In this document: positions 47,612 through 54,846 of the stretch, piece by piece | How positions within the stretch are numbered: position 1 is the first letter of the stretch | Layout: the number at the start of each line of letters is the position of its first letter | Assembly (NCBI GenBank): GCA_964581605.1 | Contig: CAZOPF010000001.1 | Span: 45,786 to 109,785, forward strand | Length of the DNA: 64,000 bases | Source: an uncultured Ardenticatenaceae bacterium | GTDB taxonomy: Bacteria; Chloroflexota; Anaerolineae; Promineifilales; Promineifilaceae | Reading direction: 5' to 3' | The notes under the pieces: model-generated | Seen by the model: the letters and a program-made list of their open reading frames with translations, nothing else | The model's database searches: none | What the model was told of the DNA's origin: nothing | Made by a program: the position numbers and the translations under genes

Positions 47612-48622
47612 ATGCCTATGTCTGGCAGGCAAATTCGGCGGCAGATTTTTATTGGAGGGTGCAGTCGTAGCGGCACCACGCTATTGGGTGCGATGTTGGG
47701 CAGCCACCCAGACCTCATTTGTACGCCGGAATCCCACTTCAAAATTGACGTTTTACGTTCACTGACGGTCACGCCAGCGGGGATTGATCTCCTGGCAGCG
47801 GCCGAATTGATCAACCGGCATTGGCGTTACCGTATTTGGGAGATGCCACTGGATGTTACGGCCGTGCCGTCAGCCACTATGGGCGGTTCATATGATGAGC
47901 TAATGGGCTATGTGGTGAACCGATACGCCATTCAGCATAAGAGGCCAGAAGCAACTGTCTGGGTAGACCACACCCCGGAAAATGCCAGTTATTTCAACAC
48001 CCTGTTTGCCCATTTCCCCCAGGCTAAAGGTATCCACATTGTGCGCGACGGCCGGGCCGTGGCGGCCTCCATTATGCCGCTCGATTGGGGGCCAAACTCC
48101 ATTATGAAAGCCTCTCGTTGGTGGATGCGCATGGTCTCATTTGGGCTGGCGGCCGAATCGGCCTTTGGGCCACGCCAGGTGATGCGGGTGAAATATGAGG
48201 AATTGGTGGCGGAACCAGAGCGGGTGCTGCGGCCGTTGTGTGAATTCTTAGAAATTCCATTTCAGCCAGAAATGACCCAGGCGAATGGTTTTACGCCTCC
48301 CCGTTACACCACCAATCAGCACACACTGGTCGGCCGTCAGCCAGACCAAAAAATAAGCAGCCGTTGGCAGCAAAAGTTAACCCGACGCCAGATTGAAATT
48401 TTTGAAAACCAGACCCGCGACTACCTTACTTATCTTGGCTACCCCCTTCAGTATGGGTTGAAAGCACAAGGGCCAACATTTAGCGAAGTGCAAAAAGACA
48501 AGTTGATTGAGCTGTGGCGAGGGGAAATAGTGAACAAAATAAAATGGTTGCGGCGCAGCTACCCTATGTGGCTCTCGCGTGATTTTTACCGGCAGGCTGG
48601 TTTCCGCGATAAAAACAATTAG
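47612..48622 (+). CDS. Sulfotransferase-family protein
   Basis: ATG 47612 lies 1 nt after the rfbC stop. 5'-PSB-like IFIGGCSRSGTTLLGAML. A downstream RDGR motif fits the 3'-PB region. Confidence 0.7.
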   Translation: MPMSGRQIRRQIFIGGCSRSGTTLLGAMLGSHPDLICTPESHFKIDVLRSLTVTPAGIDLLAAAELINRHWRYRIWEMPLDVTAVPSATMGGSYDELMGYVVNRYAIQHKRPEATVWVDHTPENASYFNTLFAHFPQAKGIHIVRDGRAVAASIMPLDWGPNSIMKASRWWMRMVSFGLAAESAFGPRQVMRVKYEELVAEPERVLRPLCEFLEIPFQPEMTQANGFTPPRYTTNQHTLVGRQPDQKISSRWQQKLTRRQIEIFENQTRDYLTYLGYPLQYGLKAQGPTFSEVQKDKLIELWRGEIVNKIKWLRRSYPMWLSRDFYRQAGFRDKNN

Positions 48623-48665
48623 CGGCTGTCACGCAACGGCCGCCAAACACTTTGCTGCGCCAGGC

Positions 48666-49376
48666 CTACACCTCAACACGGGCCAGGATGCCATTGGCAA
48701 CATTTGGCCCTATCACCTGGGTATGACCATCAATTTCTATGGTAATTGGCCCCTGAAAAGGAGCCACTGCCAAAACACGGATATGAGTGCCCGGCACCAG
48801 CCCCAGGTCAGCCAGGTAACGCAACAGCTCGGCGTTACTGTCATCCAAAATGCGGGTGATTGTTGCTTGCGAACCGGGGGCAACGGCCGTTAACGGCCGT
48901 GCTTCCACCCATGTCATTGCCCCTTCTTTGCTGGGGATCGGGTCGCCATGCGGGTCAAACTGCGGGTAGTTCAAGGCAGCGGCAATACGCTCCTCCAATT
49001 TCTCACTGATCACATGCTCCAAAATATCCGCCTGCTCATGCACCTCATCCCAGGTAAAACCTAAAGCCTCAATTAGATAAAGCTCAATCAGTCGGTGATG
49101 GCGAATCACCTCCAACGCCACCTTTTCCCCTGCGTCGGTGAGTGTAACGCCATAATGCTTTTCATAATTCACCAGCTTAAACTTTGCCAACCGTTGAATC
49201 ATACTGGTGGCTGACGCCGGTTTCACGCCGCGTGCCTCCGCAATGCGCGAGGTAGAAACAGGTGACTCCTCCTGAGCCAGCATGTAGATGGTTTTTAGAT
49301 AATCTTCAACCGCCTGATGGTTCAGGTTATGGCGTTGAAGAGATGTGCCTTCCGGCAGTGATTCGATTTCGGGCAT
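48666..49376 (-). CDS. DtxR/MntR-family metal-dependent transcriptional regulator with a C-terminal FeoA/SH3-like domain
   Basis: The start is taken at ATG 49376 (MPEIESLP). wHTH VSTSRIAEARGVKPASATSMIQRLA. Metal-site region RHHRLIELYL..VHEQADILEH. C-terminal domain ATITRILDD..LLRYLADLGLVPGT. Confidence 0.85.
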   Translation of the reverse strand: MPEIESLPEGTSLQRHNLNHQAVEDYLKTIYMLAQEESPVSTSRIAEARGVKPASATSMIQRLAKFKLVNYEKHYGVTLTDAGEKVALEVIRHHRLIELYLIEALGFTWDEVHEQADILEHVISEKLEERIAAALNYPQFDPHGDPIPSKEGAMTWVEARPLTAVAPGSQATITRILDDSNAELLRYLADLGLVPGTHIRVLAVAPFQGPITIEIDGHTQVIGPNVANGILARVEV

Positions 49377-49382
49377 GATGCG

Positions 49383-49388
49383 ATTATA
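49383..49388 (-). promoter_or_regulatory. -10 box (TATAAT) 6 nt upstream of the regulator ATG; candidate leaderless promoter
   Basis: The minus strand reads TATAAT-CGCATC-ATG. TTTACC sits about 16 nt upstream as a weak -35. Confidence 0.4.
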
Positions 49389-49445
49389 ACAGAAAGGGGA
49401 AGGTGGTAAACACGGCCGCACCTGGGCACGGCCGCCTCCCCTCAC

Positions 49446-49451
49446 TATAAT
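49446..49451 (+). promoter_or_regulatory. -10 box (TATAAT) 6 nt upstream of the hydrolase ATG; candidate leaderless promoter
   Basis: TATAAT-CCCCCC-ATG(49458). The -35 (TGGGCA, 17 nt upstream) is weak. There is no SD. Confidence 0.4.
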
Positions 49452-49457
49452 CCCCCC

Positions 49458-50822
49458 ATGCACAGTTCAAGACAGACCATCTGGCGGCTGGCGGTAGCGT
49501 TGGCATCTCTGGGCCTGCTAATTTCTTTGTTCCCGGCTGCCACCTCGCTCTATGACCTCACCGGCGAGGTTGAACTGGTGGGGCAGGCCCGCGGCGTGTT
49601 GCATTGGCTCAATACGGCCGTGCGCCCCCAACCCTGGCTTGCCCCCAACGCGCTGGTAGAAAACACAGCCGTTTCCCCCTTCGGCGTGAACACCTTTTTG
49701 CAGAGCGAAGTAGAAGAGGCCAAACGTGCCCGCAGCCTGGAACTGGCCCGGCAGGCCGGTTTCACCTTCATTCGCCAGGAATTCCCCTGGGAAGATATAG
49801 AAATTCATGGCAAAGGAGAGTTCGTAGACCGGCGTAATGACCCCAACGGCGTGGATGCCTGGCTGAAATATGACCATATGGTGCAACTGACCGCGGAATA
49901 TGATATGGAGATCATCGCCCGGTTGAGCAATCCGCCAGCCTGGTCACGGGCATTGCCCGAAGAACAAACTGGCTCATTGGCCCCCCCGGATGATTACCAG
50001 GATTTTGTAGATTTTGTTACGGCCGTAGCCACCCGCTACAAAGGGCGCATCCATTATTACCAGATTTGGAACGAACCCAACGGCAACAGCGAATGGGGCA
50101 ATCACCAGCCCGTCAACCCGGAGCAGTATACCGACCTGCTATGCCGTGCCTATGAAGCGATAAAAGCGGTAGACCCCACAGCCGTCGTGCTGGCTGGCGC
50201 GCTCACCCCCACGGTGGAACTCAGCCCCGCCAATGTCAACGACCTGGTATTTTTGCAACGCATGTACAATGCTGGTGCGGCTGCCTGTTTTGATGTCATG
50301 TCCGCCCAGGGGTACGGTTTATGGTCAGGCGCGGCCGATCGGCGGCTGCGGCCAACCGTCATCAACTTTCCCCATCACCTGCTCATCCGCGATCTAATGG
50401 TACGAAACGGCGACGCCGCCAAACCAATCTGGATTAGCGAAATGGGTTGGAACGTGGTACCGGAAGAGATAGAAGCCCGCTTTGGCCGGGTAACAGAAAC
50501 ACAGCAGGCACAGTTTACTGTGGAAGCCTATGAACGTACACAGGCCGAATGGCCCTGGGTTGGCGTCAATGCGTATTGGTTTTTGAAACGGCCGTCCGAC
50601 GCCGAACAAGATCAATCCTGGTATTACTTCCGCCTGCTGGAACCAGACTTCACCCCCCTGCCCGTTTTCCACGCCCTGGTTGAATCTGCCGCCCTGGCCC
50701 AACCAATCAAACCAGTGCCCTCATGGCTTTATACCTGGGAACAGATGCGCCCCGCTCTATTTGCCATCAGCGCGGCCGTGCTCTTTTTTGCCTTGTTACA
50801 CTGGTTGATGCCACAGGAGTAA
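49458..50822 (+). CDS. Membrane-anchored glycoside hydrolase, clan GH-A-like (family 5/39-like TIM barrel)
   Basis: 454 aa with N- and C-terminal hydrophobic helices. FIRQEFPWEDIE. YYQIWNEPN carries the acid/base Glu in an NEP motif. WISEMGW is a candidate nucleophile Glu. The family number cannot be determined by eye. Confidence 0.6.
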   Translation: MHSSRQTIWRLAVALASLGLLISLFPAATSLYDLTGEVELVGQARGVLHWLNTAVRPQPWLAPNALVENTAVSPFGVNTFLQSEVEEAKRARSLELARQAGFTFIRQEFPWEDIEIHGKGEFVDRRNDPNGVDAWLKYDHMVQLTAEYDMEIIARLSNPPAWSRALPEEQTGSLAPPDDYQDFVDFVTAVATRYKGRIHYYQIWNEPNGNSEWGNHQPVNPEQYTDLLCRAYEAIKAVDPTAVVLAGALTPTVELSPANVNDLVFLQRMYNAGAAACFDVMSAQGYGLWSGAADRRLRPTVINFPHHLLIRDLMVRNGDAAKPIWISEMGWNVVPEEIEARFGRVTETQQAQFTVEAYERTQAEWPWVGVNAYWFLKRPSDAEQDQSWYYFRLLEPDFTPLPVFHALVESAALAQPIKPVPSWLYTWEQMRPALFAISAAVLFFALLHWLMPQE

Positions 50823-50846
50823 TTACCCAATTACCCCATTACCTTC
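50821..50846. repeat. Single-arm copy of the CAATTAC word repeat
   Basis: TAATTACCCAATTACCCCATTACC lies between the hydrolase stop and the holB start, in one orientation only. Confidence 0.6.
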
Positions 50847-50852
50847 TAAAAT
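50847..50852 (+). promoter_or_regulatory. -10-like box (TAAAAT) 6 nt upstream of the holB ATG; candidate leaderless promoter
   Basis: TAAAAT-ACCCCC-ATG(50859) has the same geometry and C-rich spacer as at 49446. There is no SD. Confidence 0.3.
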
Positions 50853-50858
50853 ACCCCC

Positions 50859-51878
50859 ATGAGCAATTGGCAAAACGTCATTGGGCACCATTGGGCAGTG
50901 ACCATGCTGCGGCAGAGCCTGGCGCACGGCCGTAACGGACACGCCTACCTCATCACCGGCCCCGACCAAATTGGCAAAACCACCCTGGCCCGCGCCTTTG
51001 CCCAGGCGCTTAACTGCACCGGCGAAGCAGACGGAAGCTGCCAGCCCGGCCATTTATGCCGCGCCTGCACTCTCATCGCCAACGGCCGTCACCCCGATGT
51101 GCGCCAGATCGAGCCAGAAGTGAGCGGCCGGGGCAAACTGACCCTAAAGATCGAAACGATCCGGCAGCTTCAACAAGAGTTGAGCCTCTCAGCTTATGAA
51201 GCCCGCACCAAAATCGCCATCCTGAAACGGTTCGACGCCGCCACCATTGGCGCATCAAACGCTTTCCTGAAAACATTGGAAGAGCCACCCCCGCGTGTAT
51301 TGCTCATCCTGACAGCTACCGATGCCGATACCCTGCTGCCCACTATCGCCTCACGCTGCCGCACACTCAATCTCCGGCCGCTGCTCCCCGAATTGATTGA
51401 ACAAAGCCTGACCACCCGATGGCAGGTGGATGAGGATAAAGCCGCACTACTGGCACACCTGGCAGACGGCCGTCTTGGTTGGGCCGTGGCGGCCTCCCAA
51501 AACGTAGCTATTTTGGAGGAACGCGCCGCACATCTGGCACAGCTTCAGGAGGCATTAACAGGCAATCGAGTACGTCGTTTTCAACTGGCCGACAAACTGG
51601 CGGACAAGCCTGAAACAGCCCCCCTTGTGCTGCAAACCTGGGTCAGTTGGTGGCGCGATGCCAGTTTACTGGCACAAAATGGTAATGCTTACACAGGTAT
51701 CACCAACATTGATCAACTTGACCCCCTCCGCCAGACGGCCGCCGCTGTGCCTGAATCAGCCCTCCTTGTCAGCCTCAGACAAACGACCCTCTCCCTCTGG
51801 CAATTAGAGCATAATGCCAACGCCCGCCTCGTACTGGAAAACCTCCTGCTCACCTACCCCTATCTCCATCCCACCTGA
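50859..51878 (+). CDS. holB: DNA polymerase III subunit delta'
   Basis: 339 aa. GHAYLITGPDQIGKTTLARAFAQALNC. Zinc-module-like C..C..CRAC..I..G.HPDV. SRCRTL motif. Confidence 0.85.
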   Translation: MSNWQNVIGHHWAVTMLRQSLAHGRNGHAYLITGPDQIGKTTLARAFAQALNCTGEADGSCQPGHLCRACTLIANGRHPDVRQIEPEVSGRGKLTLKIETIRQLQQELSLSAYEARTKIAILKRFDAATIGASNAFLKTLEEPPPRVLLILTATDADTLLPTIASRCRTLNLRPLLPELIEQSLTTRWQVDEDKAALLAHLADGRLGWAVAASQNVAILEERAAHLAQLQEALTGNRVRRFQLADKLADKPETAPLVLQTWVSWWRDASLLAQNGNAYTGITNIDQLDPLRQTAAAVPESALLVSLRQTTLSLWQLEHNANARLVLENLLLTYPYLHPT

Positions 51879-51903
51879 CACCCAACACCTGATACATGGC
51901 ACC

Positions 51904-53322
51904 TCACTGCGTCACATCTACAAACACCGTCATCCCCCACCGCAGCGGCAAATTGGCCGTATCACCCAATTCAATCGTTACCACATACGTCACATCCCCC
52001 CGCGCCGGAGTAGCCACACTGTCAATATCGGTAATCACGCCGCGCAGCGTTTCGTTGGCAATAGCGTCAATCTGTAATTCCACCTCATCTCCCGGTTCAA
52101 TGTTGACCACGTCCAGTTCCGTCAGGTCGGTGGTTTTCACCAGCCACACACTCAAATCCGCCAAAGTGAGAACCGGCGCACCAAGGGCCACCAATTCGCC
52201 CACTTCCGGCTGAATGGTGGCAATGGTTCCGGCAAACGGCGCCCGCAGGGTCATTCGGGCCAGGGCCACTTCTGCGGCCTGCACATTGGCCTGCGCTTGC
52301 AGCAGGGCCGCCTCTGCCTGAGCCACGCCCGCTTCTGCCTGGGCCACGGCCGTTTCCGCCTGAGACACGGCCGTTTGCGCCAGATCCACCCCCACCTCCG
52401 CCTGGGCAATCTGTTCGGCCGTCACCCCCTCCTGCGCCAGCGCCAACCGCGCTACCGCCAGATCGCGGTTCGCCTGGGCAATGGTCACACCACCACTGGC
52501 CGCCGCCCGCTGCCCGGCCGTAGGCCCTGCTTGCAACGCCTCTAGCGCCGCCTGGGCCGCGTCCGCCTGCAACTGCGCCTGCTCCAATTGGGCGCGGGTG
52601 GCCTCTTCAACCGTCCCATACAACGGGCACACCTCCTGCGTCGAACCGTCCGGCTGTGGCACCTGGTAACAGCCATTGATGATGGCGTCATATTGCTCTT
52701 GAATGGCATTGAGCGTGGCCTGGCTGGAGGCCACATTGGCCTGCGCCGCCAGAATTTGTGACTGCGGAATTTGCAAGGCCGCCTCCCGGTTGGCCACCGC
52801 TTGAGCAAAACCCGCCTCGGCCGCCGTCACATCAAACTGCGCGGCGGCGATGTCTTCTGGGCGGGGGCCAGCTTGCAACAGCGCCAACTGCGCTTCCGCC
52901 TCCGTCACGCCCGTTTGCGCCGTTTGCACGGCCGCCTGGGCCGCCGCCAATCGCGCCTGGGCTGCCGCCAACCCCGCTTCGGCAATGGCCACATCGGCCA
53001 ATGCCTGGTCGCGGGCAATTTCTAATTGTGTGCTTTCCAGCCGCATGAGTGGGTCGCCGACCTGCACCGTCTCCCCTTCCTGCACCAGAATTTCGGCCAC
53101 ACGGCCGCCGTTTTGGAAGGAGAGGTCTACCTGACGCTGTGGCACAAGCTGCCCTTCGGCCGCCACAAACTCATTGGCCGGTATCTCCGTTTCCGCCGTA
53201 GTGGTCATGGGCGTGGCGGCGGCTTCGGTAGCAACGGCCGTTTGCTGTTGATACACATAATAGCCCCCAGCCGCCAATACCCCCCCCACCACCAGCACGG
53301 CAATCAATCGTCCCCATCTCAT
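51904..53322 (-). CDS. HlyD-family periplasmic adaptor (MacA-like) with an Ala/Gln-rich coiled coil
   Basis: The track start at 53328 is TTG. ATG 53322 (MRWGRLIAVLVV) has AGGAG 8 nt upstream. N-terminal TM anchor, lipoyl-like QEGETVQVGDPLMRLES, a long A/Q-rich hairpin, and a beta-barrel LRAPFAGTIA. Confidence 0.85.
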   Translation of the reverse strand: MRWGRLIAVLVVGGVLAAGGYYVYQQQTAVATEAAATPMTTTAETEIPANEFVAAEGQLVPQRQVDLSFQNGGRVAEILVQEGETVQVGDPLMRLESTQLEIARDQALADVAIAEAGLAAAQARLAAAQAAVQTAQTGVTEAEAQLALLQAGPRPEDIAAAQFDVTAAEAGFAQAVANREAALQIPQSQILAAQANVASSQATLNAIQEQYDAIINGCYQVPQPDGSTQEVCPLYGTVEEATRAQLEQAQLQADAAQAALEALQAGPTAGQRAAASGGVTIAQANRDLAVARLALAQEGVTAEQIAQAEVGVDLAQTAVSQAETAVAQAEAGVAQAEAALLQAQANVQAAEVALARMTLRAPFAGTIATIQPEVGELVALGAPVLTLADLSVWLVKTTDLTELDVVNIEPGDEVELQIDAIANETLRGVITDIDSVATPARGDVTYVVTIELGDTANLPLRWGMTVFVDVTQ

Positions 53323-53349
53323 TGGCAATTCTCCTGAAAATTAAATTAA

Positions 53350-53405
53350 CGCAGAGACGCTGAGGCGCAGAGATAAAAATTCGCGCTTCTTCGCGTACTT
53401 CGCGG
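53350..53405. repeat. Intercistronic word repeats (CGCAGAGA x3-like, then TTCGCG x3-like)
   Basis: CGCAGAGA CGCTGAGG CGCAGAGA TAAAAAT TCGCGCTT CTTCGCG TACTTCGCGG. The two halves are only weakly complementary. Confidence 0.5.
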
Positions 53406-53409
53406 ATTA

Positions 53410-54789
53410 TTATTCATTCGCCTCAATATCTACAAAGGCGGTCATGCCCCAGCGCAGGGGCAGGTCGCTTACGTCGCCCAGGGCGATGTGCACGCGGTAG
53501 GTCACATCCCCTTGTGACAAATTGGCGACACGGGCGATGTCGTTCACCGTGCCGGTCAAGGATTCGTCGGGCAGGGCATCAACACGCACGGCCGTCTTAA
53601 ACCCATTGGCAATCGCCACCACATCCAGTTCCGTCAGGTCGGTGGTCTCCACCAGCCATTGGCTAAAATCGGCCAGCGTGACGATGGGCGCACCAGCCGA
53701 GACCACTTCGCCCAACTCCGCATCCAGCCGGGCTACCGTTCCGGCAAAGGGGGCGGTGAGCGTGCGCTGGTCTAACGCTTCCTGAGCGGCAGCGACCAAC
53801 GCTTCGGCCTGGGTGACGGCCGCCTGCGCTTGCGTCACGGCCGTGTCCGTTTGCTGTAACCCGATTTCGGCTTCAGCTTTGGCGGCGGTGGCGCGGGCCA
53901 CGGCCGTTTCCGCAAGGGCGATCTGCTCCGGCCTGGCCCCCGCCAGCAGCAAAGCCAACTGCGCCTGGGCCGCATCCCGCTGCGCCTGGGCCGCGCCCAC
54001 CGCATTGGCGGCGGCTGCCCGCTCCGCGCTGGTTGCGCCTGCATCCAGCTCGGCCAATGCTGCCTCGGCCGCCAGCAGATTGGCGGCCGCTGCATTGTAT
54101 TGGGTGGTGATGTCGTCAATCGTGTCCTGGGGCGCTTCAAAGGCGGTGGCTGCGCCCAGCGCATCTTGCACCGGCTTTTGCGCCGCCTCGGCCGCCAAAA
54201 TCTGTGCTTCGGCCAGCAACCGTTCCCCTTCACTGGGGCCTTCCAGAGCCAACGCCTGGTTGCCCGCCGCCGCGCTGATTTGCGCCTGCGCCAACGCCAC
54301 AGTCGCTTCACTTACGGCAATTTGCGCGGCGGTGGGCGGGGCCTGGGCTAAGGCCAGGGCCGCTTCGGCGGCGCGGATATTCACGTTGGCGGCGGCGATG
54401 CCTGCTTCGGCCGCCTGTTTGCCAGCCTGGGCTGCTTCTAAGCCAGCCTGCGCCTGGGCCAAGGCGGCCTGCGCCTGCTGCAACGCAATCTCCTGGTCGG
54501 TACTGTCCAGCCGCAAGATCGGGTCGCCGGGTTGTACCAGGCTATCTTCCGGGGCCAGGATTTCTACCACTTCACCCGTCGTGGCGAAGGAGAGGAAGGC
54601 GTACCGGGCAGGCACAAGCTGCCCTTCGGCGGAAACTTCGCTGACGCCGGTTTGAATGGAAAGGGTGTTGACGTCGGGCACGGCCGTAGCCTCTCCTTCA
54701 GTGGTGGCAGGCTGCATGCGTTGGTAAATAAAATACCCACCCGCCACCACCACACCGATGATGACCAGGGCGATGATAAGTCGCTTCAT
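53410..54789 (-). CDS. Second HlyD-family periplasmic adaptor
   Basis: 459 aa with GGAG 8 nt upstream of ATG 54789. Same architecture as the downstream paralogue (LTAPFAGTVA, PLRWGMTAFVDIE vs PLRWGMTVFVDVT). Confidence 0.85.
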   Translation of the reverse strand: MKRLIIALVIIGVVVAGGYFIYQRMQPATTEGEATAVPDVNTLSIQTGVSEVSAEGQLVPARYAFLSFATTGEVVEILAPEDSLVQPGDPILRLDSTDQEIALQQAQAALAQAQAGLEAAQAGKQAAEAGIAAANVNIRAAEAALALAQAPPTAAQIAVSEATVALAQAQISAAAGNQALALEGPSEGERLLAEAQILAAEAAQKPVQDALGAATAFEAPQDTIDDITTQYNAAAANLLAAEAALAELDAGATSAERAAAANAVGAAQAQRDAAQAQLALLLAGARPEQIALAETAVARATAAKAEAEIGLQQTDTAVTQAQAAVTQAEALVAAAQEALDQRTLTAPFAGTVARLDAELGEVVSAGAPIVTLADFSQWLVETTDLTELDVVAIANGFKTAVRVDALPDESLTGTVNDIARVANLSQGDVTYRVHIALGDVSDLPLRWGMTAFVDIEANE

Positions 54790-54805
54790 AAATGTACTCC
54801 GTCAG

Positions 54806-54839
54806 GTTCGTAGTAGGCGATTTATCGCCTACTACGAAC
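54806..54839. repeat. Perfect 15-bp intercistronic hairpin
   Basis: GTTCGTAGTAGGCGA - TTTA - TCGCCTACTACGAAC, between the permease stop (54847) and the adaptor start (54789). Confidence 0.9.
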
Positions 54840-54846
54840 GAAGAAT

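Noticed and set aside
52260-54480. Pseudo-periodic GC-rich stretches rich in GCC/GCG/CAG, considered as possible satellite or non-coding repeats.
   Set aside because: They are in frame within the two HlyD adaptor genes and encode their Ala/Gln-rich coiled-coil hairpins.
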